From Candidatus Latescibacterota bacterium (lineage in GTDB: Bacteria > Latescibacterota > UBA2968 > UBA8231): 64,000 nt of DNA. Position numbers and translations under genes: made by a program. Of this stretch, positions 36,110 to 46,132 are shown in pieces. Within the stretch, counting starts at the first letter, position 1. Each line of letters starts with the position of its first letter. The notes under the pieces are model-generated. The model saw nothing but the letters and a program-made list of their open reading frames with translations. It did not search any database and was not told the DNA's origin. Location: assembly GCA_965261395.1 (NCBI GenBank), contig OZ253462.1, positions 4,960,001 to 5,024,000 on the forward strand, written 5' to 3'.

Positions 36110-36868
36110 TTGGACAGCGAATTGTTACAACGGGGATTCGTCCCCCAGCCGCTGACGCCCGCGCAATACAACGAGTTGGACGCCAACGGTTTCATCATTT
36201 TGGAAGAGGTCATCGCGCCCGACCGGCTGGCCGAATTGCGCCATGCTTTTGACGCGATCTTTGTCAGAGAGGGCGACCAAGCTGGCGCTGAGGTGTCCCA
36301 AGTAGAGGGCGTGCGCCGCCTCGCCGATTTGGTCAACAAGGGGACGGTCTTCGACGCCGTGTACCTACAGCCGACGCTGCTGACCGCGGTCTTCCACGTC
36401 TTGCAGCGGCCATTTAAGCTGCACTCGCTCAATGGGCACGATCCACTGCCCGGCAGCGGATTACAGGCCCTGCACGCGGATTGGGGGCAGCCCACCGTGC
36501 CCGGCGGACCGTATCACGTGGTCAACTCCATGTGGATGCTCGACGATTTTACCCAGGGCAACGGCGCGACCCGCTGCGTCCCCGGCAGCCACCGCAAACC
36601 CGGCAGGGTCACCGACTACATGGACGACCGCTTGGCCGATCACCCCGAGCAAGTGCAGCTGACGGGCCGCGCCGGCTCGGTCGCCGTGTTCAACGGCAGC
36701 CTCTGGCACAGTTCGTATCGCAACCACAGCAGTGATCCCCGCCGCACCCTACACTGCGCCTTTATCGCCCGCGAACACCCGCAACAGACCAATCAGCGCG
36801 AGTACTTGCAGCCCGCAACCGCCCAGCGACTCTCCCCGCTAGCGCGCTACATCCTCGACGTAGAATGA
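36110..36868 (+). CDS. Phytanoyl-CoA dioxygenase (PhyH) family Fe(II)/2OG dioxygenase
   Basis: GFIILE, HAD (HxD), NGAT..VPGSH, AGS..VF...LWH....N and R motifs. Confidence 0.9.
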   Translation: MDSELLQRGFVPQPLTPAQYNELDANGFIILEEVIAPDRLAELRHAFDAIFVREGDQAGAEVSQVEGVRRLADLVNKGTVFDAVYLQPTLLTAVFHVLQRPFKLHSLNGHDPLPGSGLQALHADWGQPTVPGGPYHVVNSMWMLDDFTQGNGATRCVPGSHRKPGRVTDYMDDRLADHPEQVQLTGRAGSVAVFNGSLWHSSYRNHSSDPRRTLHCAFIAREHPQQTNQREYLQPATAQRLSPLARYILDVE

Positions 36869-36876
36869 ACCTAGAG
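36727..36876 (+). repeat. 150-bp direct repeat, left copy (3' end of the PhyH gene)
   Basis: Matches 42340..42489 with 2 mismatches by manual alignment. Confidence 0.95.
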
Positions 36877-36884
36877 GTAGCCTC

Positions 36885-38423
36885 ATGAACAGAACAACCC
36901 GTCGCAGATTCCTGCAGACCGGCGCCGCTGGCGCCGCCGCACTCGCCTTGCCCATCCGCTTCGCCCGCGCCGCCAAGAAAGGCGGTGTCATGCGCATGGG
37001 CAAGGGGCACGGCGGGACCCACGACAGCCTCAACCCGGCGACCCACGAGAACGGCTTCACTATCGCCATGACTCATGGGTACAACAACTATCTGACCGAA
37101 GTGGCTGGAGACGGCTCGCTGGTCGGCCAGCTCGCCGAGAACTGGGAAGCATCGGCGGACGCCGCGACCTGGACCTTCCAGTTGCGCAAGGGCGTTACTT
37201 ACCACAACGGCCGGGAGGTAACGGCCGAGGACGTCGTCGCGTCCATCAACCATCACCGCGGCGAGGATTCGAAGTCCGCCGCCAAGCCGATCGTCTCGCC
37301 GGTCACCGACATCAAGGCCGACGGCAAGCACACGGCGGTCTTCACCCTCAGTGCCGGAAACGCCGACTTCCCGTTCATCGTCAGCGACTACCACCTGCCG
37401 ATCATGCCGAGCGAAGGCGGCAAGGCCGACTGGCAGTCCGGCATCGGCGCCGGGGCGTACAAGATCAAGAGCTTCGAGCCGGGCGTGCGCATCGATCTGG
37501 AGAAGTACGCGGACTACTGGGACTCGGGTCGCGGGCACTTCGACGCGATCCAGATGATCACCATCACCGATCCGGCCGCCCGTACCAACGCCATCATCAC
37601 CGGCGGGGTCGACGCCATCGACCGGGCCGATCTGAAGACCGTGCACCTGCTCAAGCGCCGCAAGGGACTCACGGTGCATTCGATTGCCGGCACCCATCAC
37701 TACACCTTCCCGATGCGCACCAACGTTGCGCCGTTCAGCGACAACAACGTGCGCATGGCGCTCAAGCACGCTATCAACCGCGAGGAAATGGTGGAGAAGA
37801 TCCTGCAGGGCTTCGGCGTCGTCGGGAACGACCACCCCATCGGCCCGGGACAGCGCTTCTTCGCCAAGGACCTGGAGCAACGCACCTACGACCCCGACAA
37901 GGCAAAGTATTACCTGAAGCAGGCCGGCATGGACTCGCTCACGGTGGACTTGAGCGTCGCGGACGCGGCCTTCGCGGGCGCCGTCGACGCAGGCGCGCTG
38001 TTCGCGGAGACCGTCAAGGAGGCGGGCATCAACCTGAACCTCGTGCGCGAGCCGAACGACGGGTACTGGTCGAACGTCTGGAACAAGAAGCCGTTCTGTG
38101 CCTGCTACTGGGGCGGTCGGCCCACCGCCGACTGGATGTTCGCGACTGCCTACGAGGCCGGGGTGCCCTGGAACGACGCCGCGTGGGAACACGAGAAGTT
38201 CAACAAGATGCTCATCGAGGCCCGTGCGGAGCTCGACGAGGCCAAGCGGCGCATGATGTATGCGGAGATGCAGCAGATCGTGCGCGACGAGGGCGGCACT
38301 ATCATCCCCATGTTCGCCTCCTACGTCTTCGCCACCTCCGACAAGCTCGCCCTGCCGGAGCAGATGGCCTCGAACTGGGATCTGGACGGCGAACACTGGA
38401 TGGAACGCTGGTCGTTCGCCTGA
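36885..38423 (+). CDS. Opp/Dpp-family (SBP family 5) ABC substrate-binding protein with Tat signal
   Basis: TRRRFL Tat motif; LAENWE...WTFQLRKGVTYHNG...TAEDV SBP_bac_5 signature. Confidence 0.92.
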   Translation: MNRTTRRRFLQTGAAGAAALALPIRFARAAKKGGVMRMGKGHGGTHDSLNPATHENGFTIAMTHGYNNYLTEVAGDGSLVGQLAENWEASADAATWTFQLRKGVTYHNGREVTAEDVVASINHHRGEDSKSAAKPIVSPVTDIKADGKHTAVFTLSAGNADFPFIVSDYHLPIMPSEGGKADWQSGIGAGAYKIKSFEPGVRIDLEKYADYWDSGRGHFDAIQMITITDPAARTNAIITGGVDAIDRADLKTVHLLKRRKGLTVHSIAGTHHYTFPMRTNVAPFSDNNVRMALKHAINREEMVEKILQGFGVVGNDHPIGPGQRFFAKDLEQRTYDPDKAKYYLKQAGMDSLTVDLSVADAAFAGAVDAGALFAETVKEAGINLNLVREPNDGYWSNVWNKKPFCACYWGGRPTADWMFATAYEAGVPWNDAAWEHEKFNKMLIEARAELDEAKRRMMYAEMQQIVRDEGGTIIPMFASYVFATSDKLALPEQMASNWDLDGEHWMERWSFA

Positions 38424-38617
38424 TCCGCATCCGGCCGAGGACGCACCATAGAGCAAGAAGAAGGGGCCACGTGGCTGGAAGGACTGCGACAATGGAGGTC
38501 GCGCGCACTGGGCGCTTGCGGAGCACCATGAAATAAGCGATCCACGCGAGCGCGATGACAGCCGGGGGGTTCGGGTTTCGGGTTTGCACGCCCGGCCGCC
38601 TCGGAGGAGAAGAGCAT

Positions 38618-39571
38618 ATGGGCGTTCTGTCACTGGTGGCCAAGCGGCTTGGACTTGGCTTCGTCACGCTGCTCGTGGTCTCGATCATCATCTTCGGGGC
38701 GGTCGAGCTGCTGCCGGGCGACCTCGCCCAGCAGATCCTCGGCCAATCCGCGACCCCGGAGACGGTCAAAGCGATGCGAGAGGAGCTCGGGCTGGACCGA
38801 TCGGCTCCGACGCGTTACGTCGAGTGGCTGGGCGGCGCACTCCAGGGCGACTTCGGGGTCTCTCTCGCCAACAAGCGCTCGGTGGCCGATCAGCTCATCC
38901 CGCGTTTCGCGAACACTCTCTTCCTCGCCGCGGTGGCGGCAGCGTTCTCCATACCAATCTCGATCGTGCTGGGGGTGCTGGCGGCGCTCTACCGCGGATC
39001 GGTCTTCGATCGGATTGCGAATGTGAGCACGCTGACCTCGATCTCGTCGCCGGAGTTCTTCCTCGGCTACATCCTCATCCTGTTCTTCTCCGTCCAGAAT
39101 TCGTGGCTTCCCTCGATATCGAGCGTCACCGGCGACATGGCGTTCACCGATCGGGTCTTCGTCACCCTGCTGCCCGCCATCACCCTGACCCTGGTGGTGA
39201 TCGCGCACATGATGCGCATGACCCGGGCCGCAATCATCGCCCTGCTGGCCTCGCCCTACATCGAGATGGCCCGGCTCAAGGGCGAGCCGCGCTGGAAGGT
39301 CATCGCGGTGCACGCGCTGCCGAACGCGCTGGCCCCCATCATCAACGTGGTCGCGCTGAACCTCGCCTATCTCATCACCGGCGTGGTGCTGGTCGAAATC
39401 GTCTTCGTGTACCCAGGGGTCGGCCAGTTGCTGGTCGACAGCGTCACCAAGCGGGACTTCCCGGTGGTGCAGGCATGCTGTCTGGTCTTTGCCGCGACCT
39501 ACATCCTGCTGAACCTGATCGCCGACGTGGGGGTGATTCTCTCCAACCCGCGGCTGCGGCATCCCAAGTGA
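38618..39571 (+). CDS. Opp/Dpp ABC permease (DppB-like)
   Basis: LLPGD...LG, GDFGVS, ARLKG...HALPNA, RDFPVVQ and NPRLR motifs. Confidence 0.92.
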   Translation: MGVLSLVAKRLGLGFVTLLVVSIIIFGAVELLPGDLAQQILGQSATPETVKAMREELGLDRSAPTRYVEWLGGALQGDFGVSLANKRSVADQLIPRFANTLFLAAVAAAFSIPISIVLGVLAALYRGSVFDRIANVSTLTSISSPEFFLGYILILFFSVQNSWLPSISSVTGDMAFTDRVFVTLLPAITLTLVVIAHMMRMTRAAIIALLASPYIEMARLKGEPRWKVIAVHALPNALAPIINVVALNLAYLITGVVLVEIVFVYPGVGQLLVDSVTKRDFPVVQACCLVFAATYILLNLIADVGVILSNPRLRHPK

Positions 39572-39581
39572 GGGCCACGTC

Positions 39582-40643
39582 ATGAGCACTTTCGCCATCG
39601 TCTTCTTCACGCTCATGATCGCGGCCTCGTGTCTGGCCGCCTACTATCATCGGCGCGACGCCTTCATGGTGTTGTTCAGCCTCACCCTCGCATCGTTCCT
39701 GATGGGCCTGCTCGGGGGGGAGCAGTGGCTACGCGCCGTCGCGATCGGCATCGGGCTGTTCTTCGCCTCCGGGGGCCTCGCCTACAGCTTCCGCGAGTTT
39801 CTGGTGCAGACTCTCCCGCGCGATGTGGCCAAGACCATGCGCAACGCCCCGCTCACCGCATCCTTCGGTCTGTTCGTGATCCTCGTCTACGTCGTGGCGG
39901 CGGTGTTCGCCCCGGTGATCGCGCCGTACGGTGAATCGGAGGTGATCGGCAGCTCCTACGCACCCGCCGACGACATGATGCTGCTCGGCGGCGATCAGCT
40001 CGGACGCGACATGTTCAGCCGCATCATCTACGGCGCGCGGAACACGGTGGGCATTGCGCTGCTCACCACCGCCATCGCGTTCCTGGTGGGGTCGCTGACG
40101 GGCCTCATGGCGGCGACGCTCGGCGGCTGGGTCGACCAGACCTGCGGGCGCATCGGCGACACGCTGATGGCGATTCCGCAGCTCGTGTTCGCGCTGCTGC
40201 TGCTGACCATCGTCGGCACCAACGTGGTCAACCTCATCCTGGTCATCGCGCTGCTCTACTCGCCACTTGTATTCCGGCTCGCCCGGGCGGTGGCCGGCAA
40301 CATCGTTGTGATGGACTACATCGAGGCTGCGCGGCTGCGCGGCGAGAAGACCTGGTACCTGATCGTCAGCGAGATCCTGCCGAACGCGACGGCACCGCTG
40401 GTGGCGGAGTTCGGGCTGCGGTTCTGCTTCGTGTTCCTGGCCATCTCGGCGCTGTCCTTCCTCGGCCTCGGCATCCAGCCGCCGACCGCGGACTGGGGCT
40501 CCATGGTGCGTGAGAACGCGACTCTCATCTCGTTCGGCGAGGTGACCCCACTGATCCCGGCGGCGGCGATCGCGCTGCTGACGGTGTCCGTCAATCTCGT
40601 GGTGGACTGGATGCTCCACCTCTCCTCCGGTCTGAAGGAGTGA
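39582..40643 (+). CDS. Opp/Dpp ABC permease (DppC-like) with N-terminal membrane extension
   Basis: LLGGDQLGRDMFSR..YGAR, YIEAARLRG and LSFLGLGIQPPTADWG motifs. Confidence 0.92.
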   Translation: MSTFAIVFFTLMIAASCLAAYYHRRDAFMVLFSLTLASFLMGLLGGEQWLRAVAIGIGLFFASGGLAYSFREFLVQTLPRDVAKTMRNAPLTASFGLFVILVYVVAAVFAPVIAPYGESEVIGSSYAPADDMMLLGGDQLGRDMFSRIIYGARNTVGIALLTTAIAFLVGSLTGLMAATLGGWVDQTCGRIGDTLMAIPQLVFALLLLTIVGTNVVNLILVIALLYSPLVFRLARAVAGNIVVMDYIEAARLRGEKTWYLIVSEILPNATAPLVAEFGLRFCFVFLAISALSFLGLGIQPPTADWGSMVRENATLISFGEVTPLIPAAAIALLTVSVNLVVDWMLHLSSGLKE

Positions 40644-40649
40644 AAGCTC

Positions 40650-42302
40650 ATGGATGAAGAGAAGAGCTTGTTGCTGAAGATCCGGGGCCTGCGGATCGAG
40701 GGCCAGGCCGACGAGAAGTGGTTCGAGATTGTGCACGGCATCGACCTCGATCTGCACCGCGGCGAGGTGATGGGCCTCATCGGGGAATCCGGCGCCGGCA
40801 AATCGACGATCGGACTCGCCGCCATGGGCTTCACCCGCGACGGCTGCCGCATCTCCGCCGGCGCCATCGAGTTCGACGGCATGGAGCTGACCTCCTCCCC
40901 CGAAGAGGACCTGCGCATGCTGCGCGGCGCGCGCATCGCCTACGTAGCGCAGTCGGCGGCCGCGTCGTTCAACCCGGCGCACAAGCTGATCGACCAGCAC
41001 ACCGCGGCGCCGGTGCAGCACAAGATCAGGACCCGGCGCGAGAGCGAAGCGGACGCGATGGATCTCTACCGGCGCCTGCGCCTGCCCAACCCCGAGGAGA
41101 TCGGCTTCCGCTACCCGCACCAAGTCTCGGGGGGACAGCTCCAGCGTGCGATGACCGCGATGGCGATGAGCTGCCGGCCCGACCTGATCATCTTCGACGA
41201 GCCGACCACCGCGCTCGACGTCACCACCCAGATCGAGGTGCTCGCCGCGATCCGCGACATCGTCGACCAGTTCAACACCGCCGCGCTCTACATCACGCAC
41301 GACCTCGCGGTCGTTGCGCAGATGGCCGACCGCATCAAGGTGCTGCTCAAGGGCGACGAGATCGAAGAGGCCGACACCCGCTCCATGCTCTCGTTGCCGA
41401 GGGAGGATTACACCAAGTCGTTGTGGGCGGTGCGCAGCTTCCAGCGCAAGCAGAAGCCGCTGGCCGCTCCAGGCGAGACGCCGGTGATCTCGGTGAGCGG
41501 CGTCAGCGCCGCCTACGGCCCCGTCAAGGTCCTCGACGACATCTCCTTCGATATCCACCGCGGCCGCACGGTCGCGGTGGTCGGCGAGTCGGGCTCGGGC
41601 AAATCGACCGCGGCGCGGTGCATCACCGGCCTGCTGCCGCCGACCAAGGGCGAGATACGGCACAACGGCCAAGCCCTGCCGCCGAGCTTCAAGCAACGTT
41701 CGAAGGACCAGCTCCGCCAAGCGCAGATGATCTATCAGATGGCCGATACCGCGCTCAACCCAAAGAAGCGCATCGGCGAGATCATCGGGCGTCCGGTGGC
41801 CTTCTACCGGGGGCTGCACGGCGCGGACCTGAAGAAGCGGGTGGACGAGCTCCTCGACCAGATCGAGCTCGAGCCGTCGCAGTACTACCACCGCGTCCCG
41901 TCCGAGCTGTCCGGGGGTCAGAAACAGCGTGTCGGGATCGCCCGGGCGCTCGCGGCCGATCCCGAGTTCATCATCTGCGACGAGGTCACGAGTGCGCTCG
42001 ACCAGCTCGTCGCCGAAGGGATTCTGAAGCTTCTCGACCGCCTCCAGGAGGATCTGAACCTCGCGTACATGTTCATCACCCACGATCTCGCGACGGTGCG
42101 CTCGATCGCCGACGAGGTGGTGGTGATGAAGGAGGGCAAGGTCGTCGAAGCGGGTCCGAAGGACGAGATGTTCCGCCCCCCGCACCACGAGTACACCGAC
42201 CTCCTGCTCTCCTCGGTGCCGGAAATGGACCCGGACTGGCTCGACGGGCTGCTCGAGCGGCGCGGCGGCGACAACACCGGCGAGGCGGCGAGGAATGTAT
42301 AG
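40650..42302 (+). CDS. Opp/Dpp ABC ATP-binding protein (fused DppD/F)
   Basis: Two Walker A motifs ([16 protein letters not shown]) and two SGGQ signatures. Confidence 0.93.
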   Translation: MDEEKSLLLKIRGLRIEGQADEKWFEIVHGIDLDLHRGEVMGLIGESGAGKSTIGLAAMGFTRDGCRISAGAIEFDGMELTSSPEEDLRMLRGARIAYVAQSAAASFNPAHKLIDQHTAAPVQHKIRTRRESEADAMDLYRRLRLPNPEEIGFRYPHQVSGGQLQRAMTAMAMSCRPDLIIFDEPTTALDVTTQIEVLAAIRDIVDQFNTAALYITHDLAVVAQMADRIKVLLKGDEIEEADTRSMLSLPREDYTKSLWAVRSFQRKQKPLAAPGETPVISVSGVSAAYGPVKVLDDISFDIHRGRTVAVVGESGSGKSTAARCITGLLPPTKGEIRHNGQALPPSFKQRSKDQLRQAQMIYQMADTALNPKKRIGEIIGRPVAFYRGLHGADLKKRVDELLDQIELEPSQYYHRVPSELSGGQKQRVGIARALAADPEFIICDEVTSALDQLVAEGILKLLDRLQEDLNLAYMFITHDLATVRSIADEVVVMKEGKVVEAGPKDEMFRPPHHEYTDLLLSSVPEMDPDWLDGLLERRGGDNTGEAARNV

Positions 42303-42339
42303 GAAAAATAAGGCACCGATAGCGGTACTATGCGGTCCG

Positions 42340-42489
42340 CAGCAGCGATCCCCGCCGCACCCTACACTGCGCCTTTATCGCCCGCGAACACCCGCAACAG
42401 ACCAACCAGCGCGAGTACTTGCAGCCCGCAACCGCCCAGCGACTCTCCCCGCTAGCGCGCTACATCCTCGACGTAGAATGAACCTAGAG
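42340..42489 (+). repeat. 150-bp direct repeat, right copy (orphan PhyH 3' end overlapping the manC stop codon)
   Basis: Matches 36727..36876. Confidence 0.95.
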
Positions 42490-43563
42490 ATATTTCTCGC
42501 ACCCCTGCTTTTCTTTTAGCAGGTCCACCGCGTCTTTCACCTGCTGAGCCGCCCCCTTCCCACACACCAATAGCGCGTCTTCAGTATCCACCACCACCAA
42601 GTCCTCCACCCCCAGTAGCAGCACGATCTTGTCGGCCTGCCCGTACACCGTCGAACGGGCCGCGTCCAACGCCACCACCTCGCCTGCCAGCAAATTGCCC
42701 GCTGCATCCGTCGGTAATACGTCTGTCAGCGCCGCCCAAGAGCCGATGTCTCCCCAGTCGATATCCGCCTCTAGCGTGGCCACCTTGGAGGCGCGCTCGA
42801 CCAAGGCGTGGTCGATGGAAATCGGCTTGAGTTTTGGATACTCGTGGGCGATGACCGCTTCCTCTTCCGGCGTGCCAACGGCTGCTTGGATGCGCTGCAA
42901 TCCGGCGTGCATTTCCGGCTCAAAGCGGGCGAAAAGCTCCAGCACGGTCGCCGCCTTCCAGACAAACATGTTGCTGTTCCACAAATAATGGCCGCTGGCC
43001 GCGTACTCAGCAGCCTGTTGTGCGGCGGGCTTCTCCGTGAACTCGGAGACTGCGTACACCGGTGTCCCGTGCACCTGTGCCAACATGGGGCCACGGCGGA
43101 TGTAGCCATAACCGGTCTCAGCGCGCGTCGGCTTGACCCCGAGCGTGAACAAGTAGTCGGGCCGGTCGGTTAGGGCTTGGTTGGCGACCTGCAACAAGCG
43201 GCAGAACTCCTCGGGCCGGCCTATGTAGTGATCCGATCCCAAGCTGGCGACCGTGCAGCCCGGATGGCGGGCCTCTAACAGCGCGCATTCCAAGCCGATG
43301 GCCGGCCCGGTATTGCGCAGCGCCGGCTCGACGATGAGCTGCTCGGGCGGTAGCGCCGGTATCTGCTCGCTCACCAGCGACCGCAACGGGCCTCCGGTCG
43401 ATACGTACACATCGGCCGGCGCGGCAATCGCGCCGATGCGGGCGACTGCGTCTTGCAGCATGGTCTGCTCGCCGGCCATGCAGTGGAACTGCTTGGGCTT
43501 GCGCACGCGGCTATAGGGCCACAGCCGCGTGCCGACCCCTCCGGCGCGAATGACGAATTTCAT
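42484..43563 (-). CDS. manC: Mannose-1-phosphate guanylyltransferase
   Basis: AGGVGTRLWP.SR...PKQF, EP..RNTGPA, TGYGYI, FTEKP, WNSNMF and WGDIGSW motifs. Confidence 0.92.
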   Translation of the reverse strand: MKFVIRAGGVGTRLWPYSRVRKPKQFHCMAGEQTMLQDAVARIGAIAAPADVYVSTGGPLRSLVSEQIPALPPEQLIVEPALRNTGPAIGLECALLEARHPGCTVASLGSDHYIGRPEEFCRLLQVANQALTDRPDYLFTLGVKPTRAETGYGYIRRGPMLAQVHGTPVYAVSEFTEKPAAQQAAEYAASGHYLWNSNMFVWKAATVLELFARFEPEMHAGLQRIQAAVGTPEEEAVIAHEYPKLKPISIDHALVERASKVATLEADIDWGDIGSWAALTDVLPTDAAGNLLAGEVVALDAARSTVYGQADKIVLLLGVEDLVVVDTEDALLVCGKGAAQQVKDAVDLLKEKQGCEKYL

Positions 43564-43639
43564 GGGTTGACACTCCCTTATAGGTAAATTCAGCGCCGGG
43601 CAATATAACCAATCGCTCGGCCCCGAGCAGGGTGCGCTA

Positions 43640-43667
43640 TTGACAGCTTAACCTGATGCTGTACTAT
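43640..43667 (+). promoter_or_regulatory. Putative sigma70 promoter of the ispH operon
   Basis: TTGACA-16nt-TACTAT upstream of SD GAGGAG. Confidence 0.55.
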
Positions 43668-43703
43668 GTACTTTTAGTATAGAAATTCCACGAGGAGCCT
43701 CGC

Positions 43704-44960
43704 ATGGCGTATCCGCAATTTGACCGGGTCCCCAATCACTACGCCGGTCCCATTATCCAGCGCGTCAAGGATTACCGCCTGAAAAATGGCAAGCGTTCGC
43801 TGTGCCCGACGCTCCTAGAAATCGGTCAGCTACAGGTCTTAATCCCCCGGCACTTTGGCTTTTGCTTCGGGGTCGAGCGGGCCATTCACATGGCCTTTTC
43901 AGCCCTAAAGGAAAACCCGGATCGCAACACGTACCTCGTCAGCGAGATCATCCACAACCCCTTGGTCAACAACGACCTCAGAAAGCAAGGCGTCCGCTTC
44001 ATCTACGACCCCGAGGGAGATCGCCAAGTCTCTGAGGAGGAGCTAAGCAGCGACGACATTGCGCTCATTCCGGCCTTTGGCACCACCATGCAGAACGAGG
44101 AATCGCTCCGCCAAAGCGGCATCGACATTGAATCCGAGGAATACCGGGAAAACTACGATACCACCTGCCCCTTTGTGTCCAAGGTGTGGAAGCGCGGCGA
44201 GGAGCTAGGCCGCCAAGGCTATACCATCATCATCCACGGCAAGTACAACCACGCCGAGACTCAAGCCACTCATTCCCACACTGAAGAACACACCAAAACC
44301 CTAGTGGTGTTCGACGCCGCCGAAGCCGAGAAAGTAGCCGCGTACATCACAGGCGCGATGCCACTCGCCGACTTCGAGCGCGCCTTTGCCGGCAAAAGCT
44401 CAGAGGGTTTCGACCCACAAAAGGACCTAGAGCGGGTGGCCGTGGTCAACCAGACGACCATGCTCGCCGAGGAAACGCAGGAAGTGGCCGCCATTTTGCG
44501 CCGCGCCATGCGCCAGCGCTATGGCGCGGAAAACCTCGACTACCACTGCGCTGACACCAACGACACTCTGTGCTACGCCACCCACCAAAACCAGAACGCC
44601 ACGCGCACGCTGCTAAGCTCTGGTGCGGATTTGGCTTTAGTCGTTGGCGGCTACAATAGCTCGAACACCTCGCATTTAGTCGAACTGTGCCTCCAATCCA
44701 TGCCGAGCTTCCTCATCGCCAACAGCGACGAGATCCTATCGGACCAGCGCATCCGCCATTTCGACGTCCACGCTAAAAAAACAACCGAGAGCGAAGGCTG
44801 GCTGCCGCGCCCCCTGCCTGTGCGGCTGATCATTACCTCGGGCGCGTCCTGCCCGGATGTCCTCATGAACCAAGTGTTGGAAAAGGTCGCTGGCCTGTAC
44901 GGGTACGGCGCACAAGAAATCGACGGTGCCCCTTTGCAGCTCTTTGAGGAAAGCCTGTGA
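43704..44960 (+). CDS. ispH: 4-hydroxy-3-methylbut-2-enyl diphosphate reductase (long form)
   Basis: FGFCFGVERA, EIIHNP, DTTCPFV, NQTT, DTLCYAT, GGYNSSNT and TSGASCP motifs. Confidence 0.95.
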   Translation: MAYPQFDRVPNHYAGPIIQRVKDYRLKNGKRSLCPTLLEIGQLQVLIPRHFGFCFGVERAIHMAFSALKENPDRNTYLVSEIIHNPLVNNDLRKQGVRFIYDPEGDRQVSEEELSSDDIALIPAFGTTMQNEESLRQSGIDIESEEYRENYDTTCPFVSKVWKRGEELGRQGYTIIIHGKYNHAETQATHSHTEEHTKTLVVFDAAEAEKVAAYITGAMPLADFERAFAGKSSEGFDPQKDLERVAVVNQTTMLAEETQEVAAILRRAMRQRYGAENLDYHCADTNDTLCYATHQNQNATRTLLSSGADLALVVGGYNSSNTSHLVELCLQSMPSFLIANSDEILSDQRIRHFDVHAKKTTESEGWLPRPLPVRLIITSGASCPDVLMNQVLEKVAGLYGYGAQEIDGAPLQLFEESL

Positions 44961-45259
44961 TACTCGGCCTCGTCAAAGGGCACGTGATCTCCAGCGCCAA
45001 GGTAGAGGCACTCTCGGGCGAAAAACTCTTGATCGTCGAGATCCTCGCCGCCACGCCCGAGGGCTTGCAGCACACCCAGAAACACCTCGTCTGCATCGAC
45101 GCCGTGCAAGCGGGTGAGGGCGAACTCGTCGTCGTCGTCCAGGGCAGCTCAGCGCGGCAGGCACCGGGCATGGATCAGATACCCGTAGATGCGTTGATCG
45201 TTGGCATCGTGGATTCGCTACAGGCGTTTGGACGCGCCCTAGAAAAGCAAGTCGCATGA
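44957..45259 (+). CDS. EutN/CcmL bacterial microcompartment vertex (BMC-P) protein 1
   Basis: M.LG.V.G.V.SS.K...L.G.KLL, D...AG.GE.V, GSSAR and P.DA.IVGIVD motifs. Confidence 0.9.
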   Translation: MILGLVKGHVISSAKVEALSGEKLLIVEILAATPEGLQHTQKHLVCIDAVQAGEGELVVVVQGSSARQAPGMDQIPVDALIVGIVDSLQAFGRALEKQVA

Positions 45260-45516
45260 GAGTCTGCCGCGTCATTGGCCACGTAGTCGCCAGCAGCAAA
45301 CATCCCTTGCTCGTCGGCCAGAAGATCATGGTGGTGCGCCCCGAAGGCGAGGAGGGCAGCGCTTTGCAAGTGGCGGTGGATGGGGTCCAAGCGGGGATCG
45401 GCAGCAAAGTACTGGTCGTGCAATCAGGGGCCGCCGGGGCCGAGGTGACCGGAGCCGAGCGGCCGCCGTGCAGGAGCGTGATCGTGGGAATTATCGACGA
45501 AGGGACCGCCGCGTGA
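45256..45516 (+). CDS. EutN/CcmL BMC-P protein 2
   Basis: VIGHVVASSKHP.L.G.K, VAVD...AG.G..V and IVGIID motifs. Confidence 0.88.
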   Translation: MRVCRVIGHVVASSKHPLLVGQKIMVVRPEGEEGSALQVAVDGVQAGIGSKVLVVQSGAAGAEVTGAERPPCRSVIVGIIDEGTAA

Positions 45517-45776
45517 AGCTAGCCAAGGTGGTGGGCACCGTAGTGCTCTCGCAGTGCATTGAACCATTTCGCGGCCAGATATTGCACTTGACCCAAGACA
45601 TCGACGAGCGCCTAGAGCCTGTGGGCGAGGCCGAGGTCTGCGCGACTTGGGCGGCCCTGCGCGAGGGCGACGCGGTGATCGTCGAAGTCGCGCGCGAAGC
45701 CTGCAATGCCTTCGCCCCTCCACTGCCTGTGGACGCGGCCATCGTCGGCAAGGTGGACGAGATACACCTCGGCTAA
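45513..45776 (+). CDS. EutN/CcmL BMC-P protein 3 (divergent)
   Basis: GTG start overlapping the previous stop; KLAKVVGTVV, EGD.V, REA..AF and PVDAAIVGKVD motifs. Confidence 0.85.
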   Translation: MKLAKVVGTVVLSQCIEPFRGQILHLTQDIDERLEPVGEAEVCATWAALREGDAVIVEVAREACNAFAPPLPVDAAIVGKVDEIHLG

Positions 45777-46069
45777 GCAGCACAGCGCTCGGCTCGAGCA
45801 CCGCGCACCCTTTCCAGCTCTAGCATCCAAGCATCTTCGTACTGACGCAGCACCCGATACCAAGCGCTCAGATCCGCTTCGCCGCGCAGGAGCTGACGGG
45901 CGGTTTGATCGACGACTTTCTCGGCCCGCTGAACCTGGGGACGGGTGGCCGAGCCGCGCATGGGAATGGGGCCGAAAGCGCTCCGCACCCGATTGATAAC
46001 CGCGCTGAGTTCGCCGCCCAGGCGGGATACAGATGGGAACGTGGGGGAGGATACGCGTTGCCTGTGCAT
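45773..46069 (-). CDS. Small hypothetical protein (98 aa)
   Basis: Strong SD AGGAGG before the ATG; own sigma70 promoter upstream. Confidence 0.65.
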   Translation of the reverse strand: MHRQRVSSPTFPSVSRLGGELSAVINRVRSAFGPIPMRGSATRPQVQRAEKVVDQTARQLLRGEADLSAWYRVLRQYEDAWMLELERVRGARAERCAA

Positions 46070-46132
46070 TGGAACCTCCTAAGGGAGTACTGGCGCTCGG
46101 GGATGCGCCAGAGAGGACGTGGGGAATCATTT

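Larger units (their letters stand above)
36877..42339 (+). mobile_element. Inserted ABC-transporter cassette bounded by 150-bp direct repeats; no recombinase gene
   Basis: Flanking direct repeats. Codon style shifts to strongly G/C-ending codons, with the CTA/CTAG frequent in flanking genes essentially absent. Confidence 0.7.

Noticed and set aside
36762-42188. Very long antisense ORFs (36762..38633, 38630..39616, 39729..42188) and alternate-frame ORFs such as 40718..42322
   Set aside because: These are shadow ORFs caused by extreme GC3 bias in the ABC genes; they show no recognisable motifs.
42295-42519. 74-aa ORF after the ABC ATPase
   Set aside because: It is an off-frame reading of the duplicated phyH 3' end.
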